Shown: one piece after another, positions 12,028-26,965 of the stretch
Layout of the letters: each line of letters begins with the position of its first letter
How positions within the stretch are numbered: the stretch's first letter is position 1
Source: Ministeria vibrans ATCC 50519
Lineage: Eukaryota > Protista > Filasterea
Reading direction: 5' to 3'
Assembly (NCBI GenBank): GCA_943704425.1
Contig: CALSCP010001254.1
Location: forward strand, 1-39,135
DNA: 39,135 nucleotides
Translations under genes and position numbers: made by a program
The notes under the pieces: generated by a model
What the model was told of the DNA's origin: nothing
The model's input: only the letters and a program-made list of their open reading frames with translations
The model's database searches: none

Positions 12028-13173
12028 TTAGGGACAATTGCCCCAGTCAGGATGAAGTGTGGTGTTCCACTGGCTGGCCTCATTGCCAAAGAGCGGTGGT
12101 TCCGCTGTAATCAGACTAACACACCAGCCCGTGAGGTCCGCACTGAATTGGGATGCCTTATAGAACATGCCGTCCATTTCTAAGACGGCCGACACGTTCC
12201 AGTTGGGCAATTGCGTGCCCCCCGTCACAATGCCTGTCTCGCGAAACGCCTGTTTGAGACTCGTTACGCCCGTCAAATCGGGCATGTCCGTGGCAAAGAT
12301 ACGCAAAGACGTGGCACCATAAAAGTTCTGAGCGTCTAAGCCCAAATTGAGAGTGCCCCACTGGTGCACGGCGGTGAGATTGGGCGCGTGCTCACCGTTG
12401 TTCAGCGAGATGCCGATGATGATGCCGCGCATAATGACCGTGTAACTGCCGGGACTCGTGTACGTGTGCGACATGGCGGTCGTGTTGTGGTGGTTCGTGA
12501 TGAGGCTGGGCGTCGAGTCGTCGCCCCAAAACACAGTACATTTGTAGGTACCGGTGTTGGCCAGGGGCAATTTCAGCGTCACGGGCGCGGTGCTGAAGGT
12601 CCACTCGGTGATAAAGTCGCCAGGCTTCTCGCACTGCGGCCCCGTGTACTCGGGCGGGCAGGTACATGCAAAGTGGCCTGGCGACGCAGTGCAGTTTCCG
12701 CCGTTGAGACAAGGAAAGGAGGCGCACTCGAGAATGAGCGTCTCGCAAAGGGGCCCCGTGAACCCATAGGGACAGGTGCATGTGTAGTCGATGATGGTGC
12801 TGAGGACGCACGTGCCGCCATTCTGGCAGGGCATGGACGAGCAGGCGGAGCAGTCGCAGTCGCTCAGCGACCGTTCCGCAGCCGCAATGCGTCGCTTGAG
12901 CGCATCTAGCGTTGCATTCACCGCCAGCTCGGACACGACCGCGCTGCCCTGGACCACCATATTGCCATACACGCTCACGTCCTTGTCCGGCGCCATCACC
13001 AGGTCTGAGTTCTCAACAAAGCTGAAAAGAAGGAAGACAAAAAAAACGAAAGAAATCAATTGCGGCTCACTCACGAAAATGCGCGTTTCTATGGATGTGC
13101 TTCAAACGACGTACATGTTGATTTCCGCAGCGTGTACCAGGTACAAGAAGCAACAACAGATAAGCAATCGCAT
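12028..13173 (-). CDS. Secreted protein: signal peptide, coiled coil, 2 EGF domains, PKD-like domain, DUF285/BspA-type repeat
   Basis: Exons 13173-13138, 13088-13075 (14-nt microexon) and 13021-12028 give MRLLICCCFLYLKRAFS-FVEN...; CSSMPCQNGGTC...CTCPYGFTGPLCE; FITEW...VFWGD...HTYTSPGSYTV; QWG...PDLTGVTSL...WNVSAV..M.GMF..AS.F..DL.GWCVS...P.WG.CP. Confidence 0.85.
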
Positions 13174-13279
13174 AGTGATAAAGGTCGAAAATACACTCTT
13201 TGATTAATTGACTCTTTGTTTACTTTTGTGTTTTGAGTTTGAAGACTTTTCAGTATCGTTCTGAATTTATTCATTTCAT

Positions 13280-15982
<2,703 letters not shown>

Positions 15983-16153
15983 TATGACGGGTGAATGTTA
16001 TTAAAGTATTTAGATTAATAATTCAGAATTCAGAATGATAATAACGATTGGTGTATAAACTGTGAAACAAGGTTATTTGCAATCACAAACGAAAAGCGAT
16101 AGTACAAACAACTCAAAACTGTGTATCCTGTGTAGTGTAAAAAGTCATAGCAA

Positions 16154-17514
16154 TTATCCACTTCCTTCGCCAATCGAAAGATCCCTCAGCCTCGCGAGCG
16201 CCTCCATGCGCGCCGCCTCGGACAACAGCGAGGCCTTGCCCTGAAACCTCGTGCCGCGCACTCCACCTTTGGCCTGGAGCACCTCCTTGACAACGGTTGT
16301 GGCGGCGGCAACAAGAGCGGTGCTGCGTGAGTAGAACAGTACCGCACCGCCTCCGTCGGCAGTCAGCAGGAAGCCCGCAGTGTCACTCAGTGCGGGGAGT
16401 GCATCAAGGTGCGTCACGATGGCCGACAGGTACTCCACATCCCCGTCGTCTCTGTGGTGCGCCCCACACTCCCCGTGCGTCGTCGTGGCACCCAGTCCCG
16501 CCGCCACTCCCTCGGCCATCTCGCGCAACAGTCCCTTGATGTGCTTCGCGCTGCGTCCCGTGCTCTTCACGAGCGCCTCGCATCGCTCGGCAAACTCACT
16601 GGGCGCCGTGTGCAGCACGGATTTGGTCGCTCGCTGCACATCCATTGCGCTCGCAAGCAGCCGCACCACACGCAGTCCCACGGCAAAGAACACGCGCGTG
16701 TTCTTTTTCACACGTTCCGTCGTCAAAAAGGACACACACTATATATAATTATATATAATAGATATAAATAAAACAATTATATATATATCGCATCGTCATG
16801 CTTAACTAATGACTCACCTGAAGGTGTTTGAGAGACGAGACGTGTGTGCCGCAGCACATGTTGCGGTCGAGTTTGCCAATCGAAACGACGCGCACAACAT
16901 CCTCGCCGGGGGCCGTCTCAACGTCACTGCGAGCACGCACTCCGTCTACATCGTCACGTCCGTGCCACGACAGTGCCACTGGAAGATCCTCCAGGATGGC
17001 TGCGTTGACACTTGCTTCGAGGGGCCGCAGCTGCTCGAGCGTGAGCTTGCCGTTGTCCAGCTCGACATACGTGGTACCTTCTCCGGCGCGTCCCAGATGC
17101 CACCCGGTCGTCTTCCAGCCAAAATCCCTGTCGGCAATAGCCGTAATGAGGTGCTGCCCACTGTGCTGCTGCATGTGGTCGAACCGGCGGTCCCAATCGA
17201 CGCTCACCGTCACTGCACTGTTGACGTCGACCTTCTGCGCAACGCGATGCCGCACAACGCCATCCTCGCCCTTCTGCACGTCCTTCACCGGCACATTGTT
17301 AATTTCACCGTGGTCAGGTGGCTGGCCGCCGCCTTCTGGGAAGAGGACTGTGGGAGAGAGAGGTGTCACAGGACCAGTAACGTTGAGTGTTATTATATCT
17401 TATACTTGTGTCGTCAAGGACAACATCCCATTCGTCGCCTGCCGGCTCGCACGCCACTACACGCGCACTTTCTTGTTTCTTCAGGTAGCAGTTTCGTTGG
17501 CACAACAGCGACAT
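16154..17514 (-). CDS. AARSD1: Alanyl-tRNA editing protein AlaX/AARSD1 (3 exons)
   Basis: DTILFPEGGGQP.D, VDWDRRFDHMQQHSGQHLITA (HxxxH), NMCCGTHV (CxxxH), C-terminal GG...RFQGK. Confidence 0.93.
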
Positions 17515-17798
17515 CGTCAAAAATAGTGAAAATTAGGAAAATAAATTAATAGAGAATCGAGAGCTGTACTCAATGTCAAAACAAGACAATATACAAAACA
17601 AAGAGCAGCACAATACCATTATTACTAATTACCATTTATTTACCAATGAAAATTGAAGAAGTTAGAAGAAGACATTTCCAATTTATAATGAAAATTGAAC
17701 AACGTCATGAATTTTACAACTCAATTATTCCGACATAAGTCTCTTTGAGTCTTTACTCTTTACTCTTTTCACTTCGTTACTTTTTTGTTTGACTTGTG

Positions 17799-19543
17799 AT
17801 GCGCTGTGCTGGTTTTGCATTGGCCTTGCTGCTGGTGTGTTTCATGGCGGGCGGCGTGTTCGCACAAGGCGTCTCTGAAGCCACGATGGAACAAGCTGAA
17901 CAGGCCCAGGTACAAGCCCCTTTTGGAACCCCGTTTGGCCCATCCATGGCCACGCGTGTACATATGGTTGCGTATTGTAGCCAGTGGTGTGGACGGTGGA
18001 GCGAGCGAGCGCGCCAAACTTGGTCTGACACGATGTGTTGTTGATGCGTTTGTTTTGGTAGCGCGCCCTTCACGACTCAGACAGCTACACGGCCGACGAC
18101 ACGTCGACGGCAGGCCTCTATTGCGACCAATGCGTGGCCATCTCCGCCCAGACCATCTACTCCAAGATGCGCTGTAAGAGGAAGAGAAGAACAACAACAA
18201 TTAAAGCTGAAACCTTTTTATTTTGCTCTGACAGCAATTTCGTCGTATCAGGAAGAAGTCTCGAAAAAACAGGCGCTGAACAACGGCGAAGCGCCTCCCG
18301 AGGACGAACGGCCCCAGTTCAATATGGAGGTGTGTTTTGTCGAGACATACTGAAACGTAGCATGCGACTTGCTGAGCCTTTCTCGTCCCTTTGCACCAGA
18401 TGTCACGCAGTCTTGACAATGTGTGCCCGTCCGATGGCGTCAAGGAGCTCAACGAGGTGTCGCAGTTAGAGTGCGAGGCTTTTAAGACGCGTTTCTCCAA
18501 TGCATTTGACGATTTCAGGTAGGACTCGAAAATTGAGACAGACGGAAGTGAAAAAGTTGTCTTTGCTCAGGTTCTTTATGGGCACACTGTTTGCGGGCGC
18601 ATTTACTGGTAAGACGGCGGACAACTCTGCGTTTGAGTATGCGGACACGGTGTGCCGGCGCAAATTGCGTTTGTGCGGGCCGTTCAGTGGGCGCCACGAC
18701 CTGCGCGAGCCTCTGCAGTTTACAAGGGACTCGGACGACAAGACGCGCTCGATGGGGCCCATTGCGAGTGTGCCCGACGAGATTGATCCGTGCTCTGTGT
18801 GTGTGTCGCTCGCCGATGTAATTGACAGTCAACTGTCGATGTTGGCGCCGGGTGTTGGGGTGTCACCGGACCGCAGTGTGATTGGTGCGCTGCTGGACAC
18901 GGTGTGTGACTCGGTGGGACGCTACTACCACCCGCAGGTGTGGGCGCGTGTTCGGTCGCTGTGCCAGTCGTCGCTTGTCGACGACTACCTTGATGAGCTC
19001 GAGTACATCTTCAGCCGCGACAACAGCGCGCTCGTCGACGTGGGGCGTTCGCCTGTGGCTGTGCTGCGCGTGCGCACCCATGGCATGTGTGTCGACACCA
19101 CCGACGTGTGCTCCGAGACCGACTTTGACGACCGTTTTTCCAAACTCATCAGCCGTGTCGTGAAGCCGTCCAAGAGTCGTCGTTTCCCCCAATTCCATTC
19201 ACTCTTTGACGACGACCTCACCAAGTACGCGCCCAAAGAAGAGCCCCGTGCAGCCCCGCCGCCACCACCGCCACCACCGTCGCAACCGATTGCAGAGGAA
19301 ATGGATGCAGAGACACAGAAGATCAAGCTGGAGGAGATCAAAGAGCAGCTGGAGCAGGCAGGACTCAATTTCAACCTGAAGGGTGCCAAGCTGGCGGGCC
19401 AGGCGCACGACGACGATGATGATGACGAGGAGGAGGAGGAAGAAGACGACGACGACGAAGACGAAGAGATTTACACTGAGAGTGAGTTCCATGGTGATGG
19501 TGGCGATGACGACGATGATGTGGCCGTCAAAGATGAGTTGTGA
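17799..19543 (+). CDS. ER-resident protein with two saposin-like (Canopy/SapB-type) Cys domains, an acidic tail and KDEL
   Basis: Signal peptide; spliced domain 1 YCDQC..NVC..LEC..TVCRRKLRLC; domain 2 PCSVC..TVC..SLC..MCVDTTDVC; poly-D/E; ends VAVKDEL*. Confidence 0.75.
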
Positions 19544-19600
19544 AGTTGTTTTGTGTTGATAGTACTATGAATGAATAAATTTATCAATAATTTTCTTTAA

Positions 19601-21002
19601 ATGACTCACACTCTCCATCCCACTGGCCCCTATTATGACCAGTCGACGTATTTGGGACGGGTGCAGCACATGTCGGAGCTGTGCGATGCGAGGACGCTTC
19701 TCGTGTCAGACGCGCGCGTCCGCGAAGCCAAGGAGCTCCTCCTCAACCCACCCGAGACGCTTGACGTTGCGCAGGCCTTGGAAGCACACAGAATAACGCT
19801 GCCGGCGCTGCACCCAGACACGCTGGAGCCGATTGTGCGACCCTTTCGAATGAGCGCCTTTGTCGTGACCAACCTCATCCCGACCGTCGGCATGCTCTTG
19901 CCCAATATGGGCATGGCGGGTATCGTCGCCTGGCAAATCGTCAACCAGAGTGTCAATGTTGGATTCAACTTTGCCAATGCGAACAAGACGAACGAAATGC
20001 CCACCGAGAAGGCTGTTGGTAAGTCGGCGAGAAATTAGGGTATTGCCGCACACACGATTTTTTTTTTCTCGGATGACATAATAATTATGTGATCTGTTGC
20101 CTATCGTCTCACGTGTTTGGCGCTCGGTCAACCTGTCTTTGCTTCTGATTGACGCTCTTGTAGCTTAGAAAGTGGTTTTGGGCTGTTTGTATTGTCGCTT
20201 TTTGTTTCGTTATTACTAATGCTTTTTTATTTTCTTATGTAGAAGCATACCTTAGTGCCGTGGCGGTATCCTGTACTGTCGCTGTTGGCTTGAACCACTG
20301 GGTGAAGAATACGACAAGATTCAGTGCGTCGGTGCGCGGAGGACGTAACAAACAAACACCATCATCGTTGAGCACAGCTGACCTGACTGACACGCGACGT
20401 AGTGCTCAAGCTAGTGCCTTTCCTTGCGGTGGTTGCAGCAGGCACGGCAAACATGCTGCTGATGCGACAGAACGAGATTCGGGACGGCATTGCGGTGTAC
20501 GACGAAGACGACCATCACATTGGCGACTCTCGCGTCGCCGGAGCACAAGCCATCGCCATGGCACGACAATCATAATAATTTTTGTGCATTAGAGAAGCAC
20601 AACTCATCGCTTCACTCTTTTCATAGACAACGTTGGGTCGAGTGGCGGCGGCGGTGCCTGCGATGGTTGTGCCGCCGTTTATGGCGGCGGCACTCGCCCG
20701 TCGTCTGCCTGTGCTTGCCCCGACTCGCCCGTACATTGCCACGCTAGCCGCTTGTTTCGCCCTCTCTCAGCTCGTTGCCTTGCCTTTTGCCCTTGCCATC
20801 TTTCCACAAGTATACAGGGCAACAAAGACAGTGGCACCGTGTATGTGTGTGTGTGTGTGCGACTGACACTATTGTCTCTCCTGTTCTCTATTTTTTTTAG
20901 CGCGTGGCCGTTTCTGCACTTTCGCTTGAAGAGCGGTTTCATGAGGTGCGCAAACCCTCGGGGGAGTCCTGCGCCACTCTCTACTTCAATAAAGGATTGT
21001 AG
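19601..21002 (+). CDS. SFXN: Sideroflexin (mitochondrial tricarboxylate/serine carrier family)
   Basis: YDQSTYLGRVQH, HPDT.E....PFRMSAFV, WQIVNQS.N..FN.ANAN, VPF.AV..A...N..LMRQNE..DGI.V.D, ALAIFPQ and C-terminal YFNKGL*. Confidence 0.95.
20561..20626 (+). other. GC-AG intron in sideroflexin
   Basis: ATG|GCACGA...TCATAG|ACA; read-through hits TAA; splicing joins GAQAIAM to TTLGRV in frame. Confidence 0.75.
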
Positions 21003-21032
21003 TCTGTAATTTACATTTCGTTCCATTGCCAC

Positions 21033-21709
21033 TCATCTTCCAACGGAACCGTATCTGAGACGATGTGCCTGTGAACAAACAAGAGCAATGATGAGAAACA
21101 GGACACTCGCTGAAAGGCTCTCTCTCTCACGTACCCGCCACTTCTTGCGCCACTTCTTGTACTTGTGCCTCTTGACCTTTCGTCGCTTCTTTCGGAGGGT
21201 GCTGTCGCACAGCACTTCGGCGGCTGCAGCGGGCATTTCGACGGGCGCAAGGGCGAGGGGAAGGACAGGAGCAGCGCTGAAGGGCACACTTGAAGCGCGC
21301 GCCGTCCACAGCCGATCCGTCGCACTTCCGTTGAGCAACGGCGGTAGAATCGTCTGTGCAGCGGTGGGCGCTGGCATGGGCGCGATGGATGGTGGGGAAA
21401 AGGTGGGCATGAGCACAGGAGCGAGACCTAAAGCAAACGATAAAGTGAGAAAAAAAAATTGTGAGAGAATGGCGAAGAGAAAAAAGAAAGAGGATTCAAA
21501 GAGTGCCCTAAGGGCGGGATCGGAAGAAAGAGACGAGAGGGTGGGGGAGTGGAATGCACAGAGGGTGTGCGCATACCCGGCTTGACGAAGTGCAGAGAAG
21601 GAACTGTTCTTGACAACTGATGGCCGCTGAGCGCGCGCACAACCGCACTGCTGCGCGTCGCTGCTGCACCAGTGCCTACCCCCGCTCGGGCAAGTCGACC
21701 TAACAACAT
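21033..21709 (-). CDS. Mitochondrial ribosomal protein mS38 (AURKAIP1/COX24, DUF1713)
   Basis: Arg/Ala/Ser-rich presequence MLLGRLARAG...; C-terminal CDSTLRKKRRKVKRHKYKKWRKKWR|AHRLRYGSVGR*. Confidence 0.85.
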
Positions 21710-21982
21710 GAAAAATTGGAAAATTTGGAAATTTTTAATTTTACTTTCAAGTTTCAACTCTTAACTTTTGAGTGTGGTAAAATATACTTTGTTCTGGACA
21801 ATTAGACCTTTTCGCGAATGATCGTCGTCACGAAGTAGTGTATATGTGCTACTTCTAGAGCAACTTTGTGTTTGTAGCTCATGTTACGCTTAAATTCTGG
21901 GAAGGTGGATCACAGATGGATGTAGTTTGATCGGAGTTCTCATAACACAATTATTACAATATTTTTTCTTGCCTTTCTTTCC

Positions 21983-22810
21983 ATGTCATTTGCCGAGCAA
22001 TTACGAGCAGCCAAGTTGAAGAAAGCGACCACCACGGTCACGACAATCGACGGGAAAAAGGTAGAAAACGTCATCAAAAAAAACGACACTCAAACTTGGT
22101 TTACTGTATATAGTTTGTGGAAGGAAAAGATGGTTCGCGTGCGGAGACTGGCGAACGATCCCATGGGTTCTGTGTCGATACAGCACCCGACACGGTGATT
22201 GCAAAGGTACAAGCGCATGCATCGCCGAAAACACCAAAGTTCACTCAATTGCACACCTCTCGATGCGCGTCAGGTCGCCGACAAAGTCTTTGTTGGCAGC
22301 CAGGACGGCGCCAGCTGCGTGGAGGAGCTGGCCAAGAACAACGTGACGCACATTCTGAATGTGGCTACGGGCATTTCAAATGCCTATCCGGGCGTAAGGA
22401 GCAGCAACAGAATACGTGTGAGATCATCGCCTGACTCGCCCCGATGACTGTCCCTTAGAAATATGAATATTGCAATGTTGAAGTGTTGGATCTGCCCGAA
22501 ACCAACATTGTCGACTATTTTCCCAAGTGCTTTGCCTTTATTGAGGAAGCGAAGGCCAAAGGCGGTGGAGTGCTGGTACGTTGTTTGTTTTGTTTTGTTT
22601 GGTGCGTCTCTCCCCCTTGAGATGAGTTTCTCCACACAGGTTCACTGTAACGCGGGAGTGTCGAGATCCGTCTCAGTGGTGATTGGGTATCTGATGAAGA
22701 CTCAAGGTATGCCGTTTGACGCGGCGTATGCACATGTGAAGAGCGAGCGCAAAGCAGCACAGCCGAACGACGGATTCCGAAAACAACTCAAAGCGTATAC
22801 GCCCAAGTGA
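21983..22810 (+). CDS. DUSP19: Atypical dual-specificity phosphatase, DUSP19-like (5 exons)
   Basis: LKK.TT.VTT.DGKK N-terminus, [45 protein letters not shown]. Confidence 0.9.
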
Positions 22811-22868
22811 AAAAAACAAAAAACAAAAAGAAGGATTACGATTACACATTATGAGGTTTTATTATATT

Positions 22869-24771
<1,903 letters not shown>

Positions 24772-25133
24772 GGTGCTCCGACAAGGCGATGGCAGAGGCG
24801 TGACCAAAGAAGAAAGGGAAACGGACTGAGCTGACTGATCACTGAGTAAAAACCTAAAAATTGGTCGAGGACTCAAGGAACAATTCTCTCCGTCTCTCTC
24901 TCAATCTCTCGTTCGACAATATTCGTTCGACAATGTATTCTTCAATTCACTAAGATACATTCACCTAAATCCCACGCGGACAGACCGTGGTGTATCAAAG
25001 TACCGTCCGTTGTACTTGAGCGGTGGACGGTCCTTGACGCATATGACTTGTGAGAAAGACGTTTCGACGATCTGTTTGGAATGTTCCAAACAACAAGAAA
25101 GACTAAATAAAATTATATTCACATACTTCACAA

Positions 25134-26831
25134 TCAGGTGCTCGCTGAGGCGTCGTCGGTCGGAGTAGTCTTAGCCACCCCCGACACAACAACGGCACTC
25201 GGCGGCAACACACGCTTGCCCCCCGACGCAGCCGCCTTGTGCCGGCGGTCGTGCTCCTGCCACGGCTGCGGCAGCTGATACGACTCGCCTGCCTTGGCTT
25301 CAAAGAATGTGTACGACAGGGTCAAATGATCCACTTTGGCCAAAAGCGGATCGTTGACAAACTCAGGATCAATGTAAAACAGCACTGGAAGATCAACCTA
25401 ACACATTTAGAGATGCAGAGAGAGAGACATTAGAGAAAACGATACGAACCAGTGATAGAGATCAACAATAAAGAGAAAGACACAAATTAGTGAACAATTA
25501 AGAAAGACACAAAAATAACAGAAAGACACAAATTAGTAAAACACAAGATTATAGCAAAGACACAAATTAGTGAAAGAAAAATGAGAAAGACGCACAAAAA
25601 GACACAAATTAGAAACAAAAGAGAGAAGAAACAAGAATGAGAATCAAAAAGCACAAGCATAATGATATAGTATGTGTGCTCATTGGTTGCAGTCAAATCA
25701 TTTGAACGTCGAAAAAAAAATGTAATCAAAAAAAAAAAAAAAAAAAGAAAGAGAGAGAGAAATGGTCAAATGTTGAATGTGCCGTGTTTAAATCAAATAT
25801 GTGAATCTCCGTTGGTAAGGCACACTCTCCGGACCACTCTTGTTCAATATTCTCTCTTTTCCGCTTCTTATTCCCATTTTTGTTTTCTTTTGTGTTTTTG
25901 ATATTTTTTTCCGTCATGAAAAATCATCAAAACATAAAAAGACTAATTGTGTGCGGTTTTACCTCTTCTCCCGGTTCTAATCGTTGCTACGTCACAATGA
26001 GCACGAAATCGTTACTATTTTATTGGTATTGATTCTTATTGGATTGTTTTTGTGTACCTCTTCAAAACAGAAACATTGAATTTTGGCAAAATAAGGACCA
26101 GCCTACGGGAAAAAAGACAAAAGTCGATTGTAAAAGATATCGGCATAATGGTCACAGGTAACCCTATGGATTTGTAATGGGGTTGCGTTTGATACCTCAA
26201 AGGGAATGACATTGTAGGTAGAAATGCCAATGATTGGCTGGTCGGTCGGATTGGTTGCGGTGTAGAAGACAAGCGCAGTCTCGCCGGGCACAACAGAGAT
26301 CTGAATCACAACCATGAATATAACAAACCCCCCCAAAAAAAAATATATATATTTAATGAATATCGCGTAACTATGTGAACAGACGACAGAAATTTAATAC
26401 ATGTCACACAATGTATTACCTCGCGCTGGAGCGGTTTGAATTTCCACTTCATCTGTGTGCTAATGTCCGCATTGAACGACACTTTCAACGGTCGATATCT
26501 CACAGGCTTCATCTCGCTCAAATCCGAATCCTATGCGCCACAAACATGTCATGTTCGCATCGCACACACACACACTTTTTCTCTCTGCACCGTTCCCTAC
26601 CAAATCGTGCTTTTTCGTGGTGCCGCCGTAGCCGGTTGCCTGGCAAAACATTTTATACAGCGGGACTGCCGCGAAGGATGCGCCGGTGGCGCCGATGACG
26701 ACCGCAGCAGCGTAGTAGGCGGTTGCGCGAATTCGCGCTTTGTGCTCATTTGACGATGATGATCCTGTGTTGGAGAACGCTCGCGCTCGTGCCGGGCCGC
26801 GCAGTACCAACCGAGATGCAGCTCGTAACAT
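25134..26831 (-). CDS. COX11: Cytochrome c oxidase copper chaperone COX11
   Basis: AAVPLYKMFCQATGYGGT, W.FKPLQRE, PGETALVFY, STYNV.PFEAG.YF.KIQCFCFEE|QRL.PGEE|VDLPV.FYIDPEF, LSYTFF; includes 24-nt microexon 25963-25986. Confidence 0.97.
25479..25616. repeat. Minisatellite GACACAAATTAG, about 4-5 copies, in a COX11 intron
   Basis: Copies near 25479, 25525, 25559 and 25601, plus a degenerate copy near 25506. Confidence 0.8.
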
Positions 26832-26965
26832 CACTGCTCCTTCAACAAAGTAAAGAGTCTATCAATAATCAAATAATTCAATTTTTAAAAATCGTTCGGT
26901 TTTCCCTTCGGACTACTTCTCCCTTCTCCATTGATCACTCACATTTACTCAATTCTTCTTCAGAA

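Noticed and set aside
21011-21325. ORF ending HIVSDTVPLEDEWQWNEM as the mS38 C-terminus, which would leave 8 bp to the sideroflexin stop
   Set aside because: The GTACGT donor is phase 0 and gives AHRLRYGSVGR* ending at 21033
21806-21816. U5 snRNA loop-1-like GACCTTTTCG
   Set aside because: Does not match the invariant GCCTTTTAC and lacks the closing stem
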